Part shown: piece after piece, positions 39,737-49,724 of the stretch
Layout of the letters: each line of letters starts with the position of its first letter
How positions within the stretch are numbered: the stretch's first letter is position 1
IMG/VR virus record: IMGVR_UViG_3300026484_000390
Coordinates: 4,491 to 68,490 of that record
DNA length: 64,000 nucleotides
Strand: one strand, 5' to 3'
DNA from: a virus
The notes under the pieces: model-generated
What the model was told of the DNA's origin: nothing
Databases searched by the model: none
What the model saw: only the letters and a program-made list of their open reading frames with translations
Made by a program: the position numbers and the translations under genes

Positions 39737-39815
39737 TTAGTTAATTTACATAGTCAACTTATATTCAGATTTTTCTTGTAGTGCTATTTCTCTAAAACTT
39801 TTCGTTTAATTACTC

Positions 39816-40712
39816 CTAGTTAAAAATTTGAAGATCTGATAAATCAACATTGTATTTTCCAAGAAAGCCTGATACACCATTTCCACCATTATAATATTTT
39901 TTATCTAATGGATTAATTGCCATACCTGTTCTATCCATTACAAAATAAATTGGTTCACCAGTTTCTGAGTTAATTGCTTCCACCCATTTTGTCATATAAG
40001 GAGAATAAATGGTACTACCTTTAGAGATGCCGTTCCCTTTGATGCCGAAAATTATTGAATCAGTACCATTATTTTGATGAGTATAATCAATATAATAATC
40101 AACACTAGCTATTCTTCCTAAATAAGAAGGGCTATTATCATTTTCACCTGCTCTAGCACTATCTCCCAATGTCCCTGCTAGTAAAGAAGCAACATTTGAA
40201 CTAACAATTGCCCAAGCCTGTGGGCTTCTATTATCTGAAATTGGTAAATCACAAGTACCTTTATTGACTGCAATTGCTATACTTTGGCCGACTGCCCATA
40301 AATTGGCATCATAGTCTTCACCACTGAATGTCAAAGTATCCTTTGTTTCTGCCCTTTCTTTGACCATTGCTAAAAAATCATTATCTATTTTATAAACTAT
40401 TTCATCTGAAATATAAGTTGCTAGTACTTCATAAAAACTTTCACCATATATACTCTGCATATCTTGAATAGCTTCTACTGTAAACTCTGTTCTTATTTTT
40501 CTAGTTATAGCAGTAATATCTGCTTTTGCTATTGTTAATTTATCTTCTGTTTTATCCCATTCTGCACCTGAAATTATTCCAACAGGCCCTTTTAATGGCT
40601 GAATGTCAGATACTCTTCTTGCTATACTTTTTTTAACAAGAATTTTATCAATAGCCCCTATTAACTCTGCCTGATTAATCATTTCATTTTCATTAATACT
40701 TTGTTCTGCCAT
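39816..40712 (-). CDS. Short gp23/gp24-family capsid protein paralogue (vertex-like)
   Basis: IQPLKGPVG, RKIRTEFTVEAIQDM, EI..KID, YSPY; late promoter at 40732-40739. Confidence 0.8.
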   Translation of the reverse strand: MAEQSINENEMINQAELIGAIDKILVKKSIARRVSDIQPLKGPVGIISGAEWDKTEDKLTIAKADITAITRKIRTEFTVEAIQDMQSIYGESFYEVLATYISDEIVYKIDNDFLAMVKERAETKDTLTFSGEDYDANLWAVGQSIAIAVNKGTCDLPISDNRSPQAWAIVSSNVASLLAGTLGDSARAGENDNSPSYLGRIASVDYYIDYTHQNNGTDSIIFGIKGNGISKGSTIYSPYMTKWVEAINSETGEPIYFVMDRTGMAINPLDKKYYNGGNGVSGFLGKYNVDLSDLQIFN

Positions 40713-40734
40713 TTTTAATCTCCTTTTAAGTTAT

Positions 40735-40971
40735 TTATATTTCTACATAATATATTACAGAAATTACATCTTTAGACGATATTTCCACTTCATTTTGAAG
40801 AAAAATTACATTTTCTTTAACTTCTGATATATTATTATTACTCAGAATTATAGCATTATTTAAACTAATACTAATGTCTTCATTGGAATTGATGTTGTAT
40901 TCGGTTGATAAAGTTTTTTTATCTATATTTAGCTTTGGGTAATTATCAATTACCAAATCACTTATATTCAT
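40735..40971 (-). CDS. Small late protein
   Basis: AAGGAG RBS and late promoter. Confidence 0.6.
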   Translation of the reverse strand: MNISDLVIDNYPKLNIDKKTLSTEYNINSNEDISISLNNAIILSNNNISEVKENVIFLQNEVEISSKDVISVIYYVEI

Positions 40972-40980
40972 AATACTATA

Positions 40981-41010
40981 CTCCTTTCTTTATAAATATT
41001 TATAAAGGAG
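40981..41010. promoter_or_regulatory. Palindromic bidirectional late promoter with mirrored RBSs
   Basis: CTCCTTTC-TTTATAAATATTTATAAA-GGAG gives TATAAATA on both strands. Confidence 0.75.
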
Positions 41011-41016
41011 CAAATT

Positions 41017-41463
41017 ATGATTAAAAGATTTATGCCCAAACAACCTAATGGTAATACACTATTTAACCTACCTGATGATTACAAGGGCGGAAGCATTACG
41101 ATTTTTATTAATGGACAGATGATTCATAGTGAAGACGACAAGTCACACCCTTACGGTTATACCCTAGATCAGAAAAATAAGACTTTTAATTTTTTTGTTG
41201 CTCCTGATGACGATGATTCACTTTATGTACTATATGAGTATAGCTTTCGTTTATCTTTTGAGAATATAGATTGGACAAAAAAAATAAGAAGTATGGACTT
41301 TAGTTTTTCAGTGCAAAAAAGTGTTTGGGAAAATAAACCCATTAAAGCAGTTTGGGAAGTAGGCAAAAATCCAATAGTTTGGGAAAGTAAATTATTTTTA
41401 ATAGTCTGGGAACAAATTGTTAAAAAACAATTTTTTAATACCAAAGTCTGTTCTAAAATATAA
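41017..41463 (+). CDS. Late protein, probably structural
   Basis: PNGNTLF...IFING..F..AP beta-sandwich-like pattern; Trp-repeat C-terminus. Confidence 0.6.
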   Translation: MIKRFMPKQPNGNTLFNLPDDYKGGSITIFINGQMIHSEDDKSHPYGYTLDQKNKTFNFFVAPDDDDSLYVLYEYSFRLSFENIDWTKKIRSMDFSFSVQKSVWENKPIKAVWEVGKNPIVWESKLFLIVWEQIVKKQFFNTKVCSKI

Positions 41464-41486
41464 ATAGTAATAAAGAGGAGAATTGG

Positions 41487-42119
41487 ATGGAAGAGATAGA
41501 ACTTATAATTGGAGATAGTTCAAGTATTTGGGAATTCAGCAACAAACAAATAGATCGTTTGGATAAATTTTGGGAGGGTTCTTGGACAGTTGCTTCTAAA
41601 TTAGGTGAAACCCCTTTAATACAAGGTAGCTTATTAAAAAACCAAAATATTCTAAATGATGACTCATTAGAAGAAGAAGAGTTTAGAAAAACTTTTAAAG
41701 TTTTTGAACCTAAAAAAGAAGAAATAATAGAATTTAATGATGATGTAATTGTAGACAAAAAATGCACAGTATCGGGAAAGATATACACCAAAGGAAATGA
41801 TAATACTGAAATTCCGTCTGAAGGAAGATATATTACTATTACAATTAAAGGAATCTTTAGCGGAAATAAAAGAGATATGCAAATTAAAACAGATGCACAA
41901 GGTAAGTTTGCTTGTGATTTTAATATAGGTAAAACTGTTAAGACTCCTGCTGACAGCTTCTTCCTTTTTCAAATTACACCTATGGAATCCCAAGAATTAG
42001 AAGTTGGCACTTACATATTGTCAGTAGAAATAAGACAATTATCAGATCAAGGAGTAGTGGAGTTCAGACGAGAGGTACTGCACGCTAAATTAAAAATGAA
42101 AGCACAAGGAGTAAAATAA
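41487..42119 (+). CDS. Late protein, probably structural
   Basis: TATAAATA at 41459-41466; GAGGAG RBS. Confidence 0.6.
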   Translation: MEEIELIIGDSSSIWEFSNKQIDRLDKFWEGSWTVASKLGETPLIQGSLLKNQNILNDDSLEEEEFRKTFKVFEPKKEEIIEFNDDVIVDKKCTVSGKIYTKGNDNTEIPSEGRYITITIKGIFSGNKRDMQIKTDAQGKFACDFNIGKTVKTPADSFFLFQITPMESQELEVGTYILSVEIRQLSDQGVVEFRREVLHAKLKMKAQGVK

Positions 42120-42391
42120 TGAAAACTTTTGAAGAAATAGCACTAATAATGCAAAATAAAATTAACGAAAAAAAGATGAAATCAACTGACAGGTTAAAAG
42201 CGGCTAAAGCCCTTAAAATAAGAAAGAAAACTTCTGAGTTTAAACGGAATAAAAAGAAACAAGATATTTGCAATAAAAAAATTAAACCGGGATCTAACAA
42301 ATCGTGTGCTATAGGGGACACTATACCCACAAAAATAGACAAAAAAAGAAGCAAGGCTTCTAAAATAGGTGCTAAAAGTAGACACCATTGA
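42119..42391 (+). CDS. Basic head-core-like protein
   Basis: MKTFEEI..INE leader; very Lys/Arg-rich. Confidence 0.55.
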   Translation: MKTFEEIALIMQNKINEKKMKSTDRLKAAKALKIRKKTSEFKRNKKKQDICNKKIKPGSNKSCAIGDTIPTKIDKKRSKASKIGAKSRHH

Positions 42392-42759
42392 AAAATAGAA
42401 AAATTAAACAAAATATGTTGAATCAAATAACTAAAGGGAATCTTTTCGTGAGTATGGATAAATTGATGACGGAAATGAACAATAGCATTAAAACAACAGA
42501 GATTAAAACAATCTATGATATGAGTGCGGTGAAAGATAAAGTTAAACAAACTTTTAAGGAAATTTTGTCTCTTATAGATAATAGTAGAGAATTCAATACA
42601 GATGCTTTAAAAGTAATACACAATGCATGTGTTCTAGATTTTCATATCAGAATGGCAGAAGGAAATGGATTAGATTTATTTCAACTATTGGACTTCTTGG
42701 GGGATTACCATTCTGATGAATTTAGTAAGGCACAAGACAATAATCCATTTGCAAAATAG
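42388..42759 (+). CDS. Hypothetical protein
   Basis: Overlap-coupled ORF. Confidence 0.55.
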   Translation: MKNRKIKQNMLNQITKGNLFVSMDKLMTEMNNSIKTTEIKTIYDMSAVKDKVKQTFKEILSLIDNSREFNTDALKVIHNACVLDFHIRMAEGNGLDLFQLLDFLGDYHSDEFSKAQDNNPFAK

Positions 42760-42876
42760 TAGAATTTTTTAGCAATCTAATGTTATCTTAAGGTTAATAT
42801 GTTATAATTATTTTAGTTGCTTAAAAGTGTAACTATGACTAACGACTTAACTGTCTAAAAAATAAGGATTATATAA

Positions 42877-43341
42877 ATGTTAGAAAATTATGTACTAGGG
42901 GCAGAAGTAGCCAAGAAAGGCAGGTTCCATATTGCCAATATAAGTATGCTGCTAAAAGAATTTGGCTTAATAGAAGGAATAGATTATTTGAAATTTGGTG
43001 GAATAACTCTACTAAACAAGAAATCTCTAAGATGTCCAAAATATATTTATAAGTTAATGTGGGACAAATCTATGACTAAAATGGACGACTTGGTGCCTTT
43101 AACTTTCTTTAGAGAGACTCTCGAAAATACAACAAAGCTAATAGAAAAAGATTATGAGGTACTTAAAATTGAAGGTAAGCAGTTTGTAAAAATAACTGGT
43201 AAAGAATTGAATACAATATTTATGAATGAACAGATAGTTAAGTCAGTAGTAGCAAATGATGAAATACCTGATTTGGAAGCAGGTAAGCTTATAGATGGGT
43301 ATATTAAACTGTCAAATAAAAAGTCTCTATGTTGGTATTAA
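42877..43341 (+). CDS. Hypothetical early protein
   Basis: Early promoter near 42790-42808; AAGGA RBS. Confidence 0.7.
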   Translation: MLENYVLGAEVAKKGRFHIANISMLLKEFGLIEGIDYLKFGGITLLNKKSLRCPKYIYKLMWDKSMTKMDDLVPLTFFRETLENTTKLIEKDYEVLKIEGKQFVKITGKELNTIFMNEQIVKSVVANDEIPDLEAGKLIDGYIKLSNKKSLCWY

Positions 43342-43359
43342 TCAAAATTATTTAATTAA

Positions 43360-44253
43360 ATGCATAAAATAAATAAAGAAAGCAATAACCCCACAAAAGA
43401 ATACATAGAGAAAAATTTCTTTAGAGTAGACGGAGCACTCAATAACCATAAAGTTAAAGCTTCGGGACTCTCCATAGAGTCTATTTTTAACATATATCAC
43501 AACACTAAAACTCCGTTATGTAAATGTGGTAATAAACTTAGTTTACACTCATTTAAAATAGGTTATAGGCAGTTTTGTTCTTCTAAGTGTAGTAATGCAG
43601 ATAAGAAAAAGATACAAAAAGGCATAGATTCAACAGACTATGCTGCTAGAAAAGAAACAACAATTAAATCTCTTAGTTTAAAAGATAAAAGTTACTGGGA
43701 TAACATCATTAATAAAAGGAAGGCTTCCAATTTAATAAGGTTTGGTTTTGAAAGCCATCAAAGTTCACCAGAGTATCAACTTAAAATGAAAAAATATTAT
43801 TTGAAAACTTATGGAGCAGAGACTTATCTGAATTCTGAAATAGGGAAAAAAGCGTCACAACAGACTAAGCTTGAAAAATACGGAAATATTAACTATAACA
43901 ACCCTAAGAAAATTAAAAAGAACGAAAGATTAACAAAAGTAAGTCTGGGTATATGGATAGACGAAGAAGACAAGGAAGACTATGCTTTATATAGAGAAAC
44001 GGTAGTTAAACAAACTGAAGTCAATTATAAAAAATATTACAAAGTTATAAACGAAAATAACCTTAATAGGTCTTATAGAGAATTCCATTTAGATCATAGA
44101 TATAGCATTATAAGTGGTTTTAATAACAATATACCCACTTATATAATAGCATCCCATCATAATTTAGAAATGTTGTTTTGTTTGGACAACATTTCTAAAG
44201 GTGGAAAATGTAGTATATCATTAGATTATTTATTAAGTAATTTTTTTGTATAA
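43360..44253 (+). CDS. Putative HNH-type homing endonuclease upstream of gene 32
   Basis: CKCG..FCSSKC zinc motif, KYG repeats, HLDHRYSI...NLEML..NISK. Confidence 0.75.
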   Translation: MHKINKESNNPTKEYIEKNFFRVDGALNNHKVKASGLSIESIFNIYHNTKTPLCKCGNKLSLHSFKIGYRQFCSSKCSNADKKKIQKGIDSTDYAARKETTIKSLSLKDKSYWDNIINKRKASNLIRFGFESHQSSPEYQLKMKKYYLKTYGAETYLNSEIGKKASQQTKLEKYGNINYNNPKKIKKNERLTKVSLGIWIDEEDKEDYALYRETVVKQTEVNYKKYYKVINENNLNRSYREFHLDHRYSIISGFNNNIPTYIIASHHNLEMLFCLDNISKGGKCSISLDYLLSNFFV

Positions 44254-44343
44254 TACTTTATATTAAAATAAGACCAATAACATTTAAGTCTATAAACTAT
44301 ATGAAATTAAAATAAGCGTTAAAAAACGATAAGAGGAAACACA

Positions 44344-45354
44344 ATGAGTTTAGATTTCAATACAGCAGGGTCAATGGACTGGAGTTCATTAGAGAAAAAT
44401 TTAGGGGCTAATGTAACAGCACAAAAGAAAAATTATGCAGATGACAGATTTTGGACATTGGCCAGAGATGAGAATGACAATGGTGGGGCAATAATTAGAT
44501 TACTTCCGGATCCGGAAGGAACACCGTTTATACAACTTTTTAATCATGCATTTCAATCATTCGATAATGTAAACAAGAAAAAAAGATGGTATATTAACAA
44601 CTCTCCGCAAACAGTAGGTGCAGAATGTCCAGCAAGTGATTTATGGAGTGCATTATTTAATGAGGGCTCTGAAGAAGGAAAACTAGAAGCTAAAAACTTC
44701 TCAAGAAAGATTCAGTTCTATACAAACATTAAAGTGATTAAAGATCCAAGTAATCCAGCAAATGACGGTAAAATTTTCGTATGGAAATTTGGCACAAAGT
44801 TAAAAGATAAAATTATGGCGGCTTTACAACCATCAGATACAGATATTGCAATGGGTGAGGAACCTAAACAATTATTTAATCCAATCACTGGATGTAATAT
44901 TAAGTTAAAAATTCAAAAAGCAGCAGGTTTTTTAAACTACGATGCTACAACTATTGAAGGTGTAAGTTCAATTTACCCAGATGGTGAAACAGCAAAAGCA
45001 GATATTATAGAAAATGCGCACAAATTAAGTGAATTTAATTCGCCAGATGCGTTTGAGACTTATGAAGAATTGTTAAAGAAAATGAAATATGTTTTAGAAT
45101 GTTATTCACCTAAAAACTTAACTGCAGAAAGATTTGCACAAGTAGTTAATCCAATTATTAATGTGGCACCTACAGCAACCGCTCAAGCAGCACCAGTACA
45201 AGCTGTACAAGAAGTTACTCCTGTAACACAAGCAGCACCAGTACAAGAAGTAGCACCAGAAGTTGCTCCTGTAACACCAACAGCACCAGTAGTTGCAACA
45301 CCAGCACCAACTGCAGGAAATGAAGGTGATCTCAGCTTTCTTGATGATTTGTAA
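44344..45354 (+). CDS. 32: Single-stranded DNA-binding protein (T4 gp32)
   Basis: DDRFW..D..G.AIIRLLP, WYINN, NIKVIKDP.NP.NDGK.F, acidic tail DLSFLDDL. Confidence 0.95.
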   Translation: MSLDFNTAGSMDWSSLEKNLGANVTAQKKNYADDRFWTLARDENDNGGAIIRLLPDPEGTPFIQLFNHAFQSFDNVNKKKRWYINNSPQTVGAECPASDLWSALFNEGSEEGKLEAKNFSRKIQFYTNIKVIKDPSNPANDGKIFVWKFGTKLKDKIMAALQPSDTDIAMGEEPKQLFNPITGCNIKLKIQKAAGFLNYDATTIEGVSSIYPDGETAKADIIENAHKLSEFNSPDAFETYEELLKKMKYVLECYSPKNLTAERFAQVVNPIINVAPTATAQAAPVQAVQEVTPVTQAAPVQEVAPEVAPVTPTAPVVATPAPTAGNEGDLSFLDDL

Positions 45355-45360
45355 GATATA

Positions 45361-45381
45361 ATAACTCTATAAAGGAGTTAT
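45361..45381 (+). promoter_or_regulatory. Hairpin sequestering the RBS of the HNH gene (may also act as gene 32 terminator)
   Basis: ATAACTC-TATAAAG-GAGTTAT overlaps AGGAG just before ATG 45384. Confidence 0.55.
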
Positions 45382-45383
45382 TT

Positions 45384-45830
45384 ATGAAAATAAACATAGA
45401 AACATTTAAAAACTATAAGGTAGTTGATAAGAAAAAATTAGGGGAGTATATAGATTTATGCTCCTCTAAAAAAGATAACAAAAAGATTAAATTTAAGACT
45501 GAACTTCATCACATTCTACCAAAAGCACTATTTCCTATTTTTAGTGATTTAAAGGAAAATATTTGGAATGGAGTTTATTTAACTTATAAAGACCATTATG
45601 TAGCTCATGCTTTACTCGCAGAAGCTCTTGATAACTTAAGTATGACTGCAGCCTGGTGGGAAATAAACAATCTTTATCAAAAATCAGAAAAGCTAAGTGA
45701 ACCTAAAGAAATTATAGGTTCAGAAAGATATAATATACTAAGGGAACAGGCTATTAGAGAAATAATTTTTCAATTTCCAAAAAAGGATTTTGATAAAAAC
45801 AGCTCAAAGGATACGCTTCCGATACAGTAA
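45384..45830 (+). CDS. HNH homing endonuclease, probably truncated
   Basis: ELHHILPK...VYLTYKDHYVAHALL; paralogous to the N-terminus of 52012. Confidence 0.8.
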   Translation: MKINIETFKNYKVVDKKKLGEYIDLCSSKKDNKKIKFKTELHHILPKALFPIFSDLKENIWNGVYLTYKDHYVAHALLAEALDNLSMTAAWWEINNLYQKSEKLSEPKEIIGSERYNILREQAIREIIFQFPKKDFDKNSSKDTLPIQ

Positions 45831-46040
45831 CAGATATAAACTTTATAACTAATGAGTTAATTAGGTCTCCAAGGAGGAATTTAATAATACACTTTTTATT
45901 GGAGTTGCTAATTCCAATTTCTTTCTTATAGACAGTAATCTACTTAGGAGTAGAGATGCAGAACTATGTCTGAAACCAAAAGTTATAAAAGTAGCATTCA
46001 TAACTTTATAGGATTAAAAAATAAACAAAAAAGGACTAAA

Positions 46041-47285
46041 ATGAAACCATTGATAGTAGTAGATTTTAGTCATCTTTTTTCAAGAAACCTTTTTGTGGCG
46101 ATAAACCAAGCAAAACCCAAAAAAGTAAAAGGTAAATTTATAACAGCAGAAATTAAACCATATTTCTTGCACTTATTATTTAACTCTTTGCAATATAATA
46201 AAAACAAATTCAAAGGTGAAATGATTTTAGCATTAGATGCTAGACATAACTGGCGTAAGGATTTTTATAAAGATTATAAAGGGACAAGAGCTAAAGGAAA
46301 AGAAGAAAGTGACTTAAATTGGGATGAAATATACCAAATAATAGACGAAACTATAGAAACAATAAAAGAGAACTTTCCTTTTAAGGTAATTAAAGTAGAA
46401 AAAGCAGAAGCAGATGATATTGGAGGTGTATTAGCACAGACCTTTGGGGATGAACGAGAAGTTATTTTGATAACTTCGGACCATGACTGGTTACAAAATG
46501 TTACGCACGGGAAGAAAGTAAAAATGTACGATCCAATTAAAATGGAATACAGCAATTTGACTGACTTTGAACACACTTTAATCAACACACCAGTAGGAAA
46601 AATGAGTAGGTTTACTGCTATGCATTCCTTACTAGGAGATAGTGGAGATAATGTGCCCAATCTTACTTTTGAAACAAAATTTAGTGACAACTTTTTAAGT
46701 TATTTAAAAAGTAATGAAATAACTTCTGAAAATGTAGATGAAGTCAGATCAATGTCAATTTATGATGAATTACTAGAAAAATATGATGTACTTGCTATAG
46801 TTAAAAGTGGCAATAGAAAAGGTTTGCCCCAATTTAATTATAGAGTATTTTATAGATTAACTGAAAGTCAAGAATTAATATCAAAAGATGAATATACGAA
46901 AAATCAATTGACAGAGGAATACGAAGTTGAAAATGTATTTGAAAAAGATGTTTTTAAGAAAGTTATTTTTGGGCCTAAAAAAGCAACAGCGGCAGTACAG
47001 TCAGAAGATACACTTAATGAAGTACTTAAAACGCATCCGAAATATTTAAAAAATTTCAAGTTTAGTAATACTTTAGTAGATTTTGCTAAAATACCTGATT
47101 ACTTAAAAACAAACATCTTAAATGAATTTAAAGAAGTTAAAGTTAATTATAACCAAAACGGAATATTAGAATATTTTATGGCTGAAGGATTGGGCAAGCA
47201 AGTTAATCAAGTTACTAAATTTTATGATCCAAGTTATGCTTCACAAGTTACTACAAGTTTGGATGATTTTTTTGCTGATTTTTAA
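46041..47285 (+). CDS. rnh: T4-type RNase H / 5'-3' exonuclease (start MKPLIVVD)
   Basis: IVVDFS, WRKDFY..YKGTR, EADD, TSDHDW, GDSGDNVP. Confidence 0.93.
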   Translation: MKPLIVVDFSHLFSRNLFVAINQAKPKKVKGKFITAEIKPYFLHLLFNSLQYNKNKFKGEMILALDARHNWRKDFYKDYKGTRAKGKEESDLNWDEIYQIIDETIETIKENFPFKVIKVEKAEADDIGGVLAQTFGDEREVILITSDHDWLQNVTHGKKVKMYDPIKMEYSNLTDFEHTLINTPVGKMSRFTAMHSLLGDSGDNVPNLTFETKFSDNFLSYLKSNEITSENVDEVRSMSIYDELLEKYDVLAIVKSGNRKGLPQFNYRVFYRLTESQELISKDEYTKNQLTEEYEVENVFEKDVFKKVIFGPKKATAAVQSEDTLNEVLKTHPKYLKNFKFSNTLVDFAKIPDYLKTNILNEFKEVKVNYNQNGILEYFMAEGLGKQVNQVTKFYDPSYASQVTTSLDDFFADF

Positions 47286-47545
47286 GAAAGAGCAATTTTA
47301 GCAAAAGACATATTTTGCCACTCTAAAGATTTATCGTTAGTTGTTTTTAAAAAAGAAGCCAATCTCTCAGGGTATTTGTATTTATTAATACTCTTAAAAC
47401 TGGCTTCGTCTAGTTTATCTTGAACTTGAACTTTTTTGGAACCTAAAATAACTAAAGAGTTTAATAACATTTGGACCGCTTCACTTTCAGTATGATTTTC
47501 TTTTACTTTTTCAAATACATCTTTTATAGATTGATTGTTTATCAT
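47282..47545 (-). CDS. Small late hypothetical protein
   Basis: AGGAG RBS; TATAAATA at 47568-47575 on the minus strand. Confidence 0.6.
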   Translation of the reverse strand: MINNQSIKDVFEKVKENHTESEAVQMLLNSLVILGSKKVQVQDKLDEASFKSINKYKYPERLASFLKTTNDKSLEWQNMSFAKIALS

Positions 47546-47673
47546 TATTGACTCCTATTTTTATATTTATTTATAAAAGTTATAAATTTAACCCGAGATG
47601 CCTTAAATTTAAGGTTACAATAAGGATAATAAGTTATAATTATACATATTTAATTTAACACTAGGAACATAAA

Positions 47674-48603
47674 ATGACTGGATTAACACAAGCAAAAGAA
47701 GCATTCGAAAGAGTTGAAGGAAATACAATAGTTTTACGAAATAGTAAGGGTTTGTATAAAAGAAAACTTAAAAATAAAGAAGGCGTTTTAACATTTCCGT
47801 TTAATGGTGTGAAATACGCTTACAATCACGACACTAAAGAAATAGAAAGTGTAGAGACTGGAGAAAAAGCTACAGTAAGTACAGCCCCTGTTCAGTCAGA
47901 GTTTAATATAAATGAAAGATTCGAGTTTTTGGGTAACTTTACTAATATGGTAATTAAAAATGTAACAGCATCCTTATTAGTATCAGGAGAGGGTGGATTA
48001 GGTAAAACTCACACTATTAAAGAAAAGATAGCAGAAGCAGGTTTGGTTGAGGACCAAGATTATGTTATAATTAAAGGTTATAGCACACCAAAAGCTTTAT
48101 ATGCAACTCTATATGAGAATCAAGACAAATTAGTTATTTTTGACGACTGTGATATTGTTTTAAAAGATGTAACTTCTTTAAACATTTTAAAAGGTGCCTT
48201 AGATAATTACGATGAGAGAATTATTAGTTGGTTATCAAGAGGTTTTGTGTCGGATGACTTACCGAGTTCGTTTAAATTTACCGGAAGAGTAATTTTTATT
48301 AGTAACTTAGCTTTAAATAAGGTAGATGGTGCAGTTAAATCTAGAACTTTAAGCGTAGATTTAAGTATGACTTCACAAGATAAAATAGATAGAATGAGAG
48401 CGATAATTGAAAAAATTGAACCAGACTACGCTTTAGAAGTAAAAGAAAAAGTACTTAATTTCTTAGACGAAAATAAAGAAAAAGCAAAAGAACTTAATAT
48501 GAGAACTTTTGAAAAAGCAATTAAAGTATTGGCTTACTACATTGAAATGGATATAGAAGACCAAGGGATGGAAGCAATTAAATATTTACTTCTTTGTATA
48601 TAA
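47674..48603 (+). CDS. AAA+ ATPase, early
   Basis: GEGGLGKT, IFDDCD, GRVIFISN, AVKSR. Confidence 0.85.
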   Translation: MTGLTQAKEAFERVEGNTIVLRNSKGLYKRKLKNKEGVLTFPFNGVKYAYNHDTKEIESVETGEKATVSTAPVQSEFNINERFEFLGNFTNMVIKNVTASLLVSGEGGLGKTHTIKEKIAEAGLVEDQDYVIIKGYSTPKALYATLYENQDKLVIFDDCDIVLKDVTSLNILKGALDNYDERIISWLSRGFVSDDLPSSFKFTGRVIFISNLALNKVDGAVKSRTLSVDLSMTSQDKIDRMRAIIEKIEPDYALEVKEKVLNFLDENKEKAKELNMRTFEKAIKVLAYYIEMDIEDQGMEAIKYLLLCI

Positions 48604-48727
48604 ATAATAGTATATAAGAAGTTTATTACTGAGACTTCAATTCTCATAAGCCAACTATGGTTGGGTCTTAGAAATTTTAGTGAAGGATATAGTTGGCACT
48701 TAAACTCTTATAAGATAAAGGGAAATA

Positions 48728-49723
48728 ATGACTAAATATAGTGAACGGCTAAAAACTCAAGGAAACTACGAAATTTCTTTTGAACCTAATAGTATATGGA
48801 AATATAAAAAAAATAAAATTCTTGAAAAATTATGTGAAACTGAATACACCAAAGAGCAAAAAACTAAAAGGACTGGAGACTGGGTAAAGGCTGGGCCAGG
48901 AGGTCATTTTTCAGGGTGGAATAAGGAATACAATAAAAGAATAATTGAATTTTGGACTGCAAAAGGTGATACAATATTAGATCCTTTTGCAGGACATTCC
49001 TCTTCTTTTATGCCTTATTTAATGGAAAGGAATTTTATAGGGTTTGAGATAACTACAAAACGATATAATATACAAGTAGAACATATAGCAAAGCTGAAAA
49101 ATAAATATGGTTTTAAATCTGAAATCTTTTTATATAATAAATCTAGTGAGCATATAACAGACAATTTAATAGGCAAAAAGGTAGATGCCATTATAACAGA
49201 TCCACCTTTCTGGGATTTGGAAAAATATGAAGCCCCTATTTCAGGTACGCAGTTATCAGATATTAAAAAGCTAGATGATTTTAATAAAAAGTTAAAAGAT
49301 ATTCTATCTTTAAGTGTTAAATACCTTAAAGATGGAGGGTATATGATAGTTAAAGTAGCGAATATGAGAAGAGAAGGTAAACTCGTAAAACTTAAAGTGA
49401 TGTGGGAAGAAATGATAGAAAAAATGGGTATGGAATTAGTAGACGAAATTATTTTGGAGCTATCTCCAGTAAAACGACACCCTTTATATGCTCAAGCCAT
49501 TACTAATTTGAATATGCTAAAAGTGCATGAATATGCCTTAGTATTTAGAAAGAAAGATAAAAATGTTTTAATAAGTAACCATATTAATTTTTCTAGGCCT
49601 TTAGTTAAAGATGTGTACAACAACGAAGACCGGTTGTTTTGGAGTGAAGAGCGAGGGAAGAAGGACCATATTACAGAATCTTTGGAACGCACAAAAGAAT
49701 CCTTCGACGAAAGTGAGTGGTAA
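48728..49723 (+). CDS. SAM-dependent amino (N6A/N4C-type) DNA methyltransferase-like protein
   Basis: ILDPFAGHSS (variant motif I), GFEI, ITDPPFW, HEYALVFRK. Confidence 0.8.
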   Translation: MTKYSERLKTQGNYEISFEPNSIWKYKKNKILEKLCETEYTKEQKTKRTGDWVKAGPGGHFSGWNKEYNKRIIEFWTAKGDTILDPFAGHSSSFMPYLMERNFIGFEITTKRYNIQVEHIAKLKNKYGFKSEIFLYNKSSEHITDNLIGKKVDAIITDPPFWDLEKYEAPISGTQLSDIKKLDDFNKKLKDILSLSVKYLKDGGYMIVKVANMRREGKLVKLKVMWEEMIEKMGMELVDEIILELSPVKRHPLYAQAITNLNMLKVHEYALVFRKKDKNVLISNHINFSRPLVKDVYNNEDRLFWSEERGKKDHITESLERTKESFDESEW

Positions 49724-49724
49724 T

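Noticed and set aside
45160-45315. Ala/Pro/Val/Gln repeats in gene 32
   Set aside because: Ordinary flexible linker before the acidic SSB tail
49611-49724. ORF-track N-terminal extensions of primase (also RNase H 45966 and kinase 9626)
   Set aside because: They overlap upstream genes or relics; better starts at 49725, 46041 and 9638
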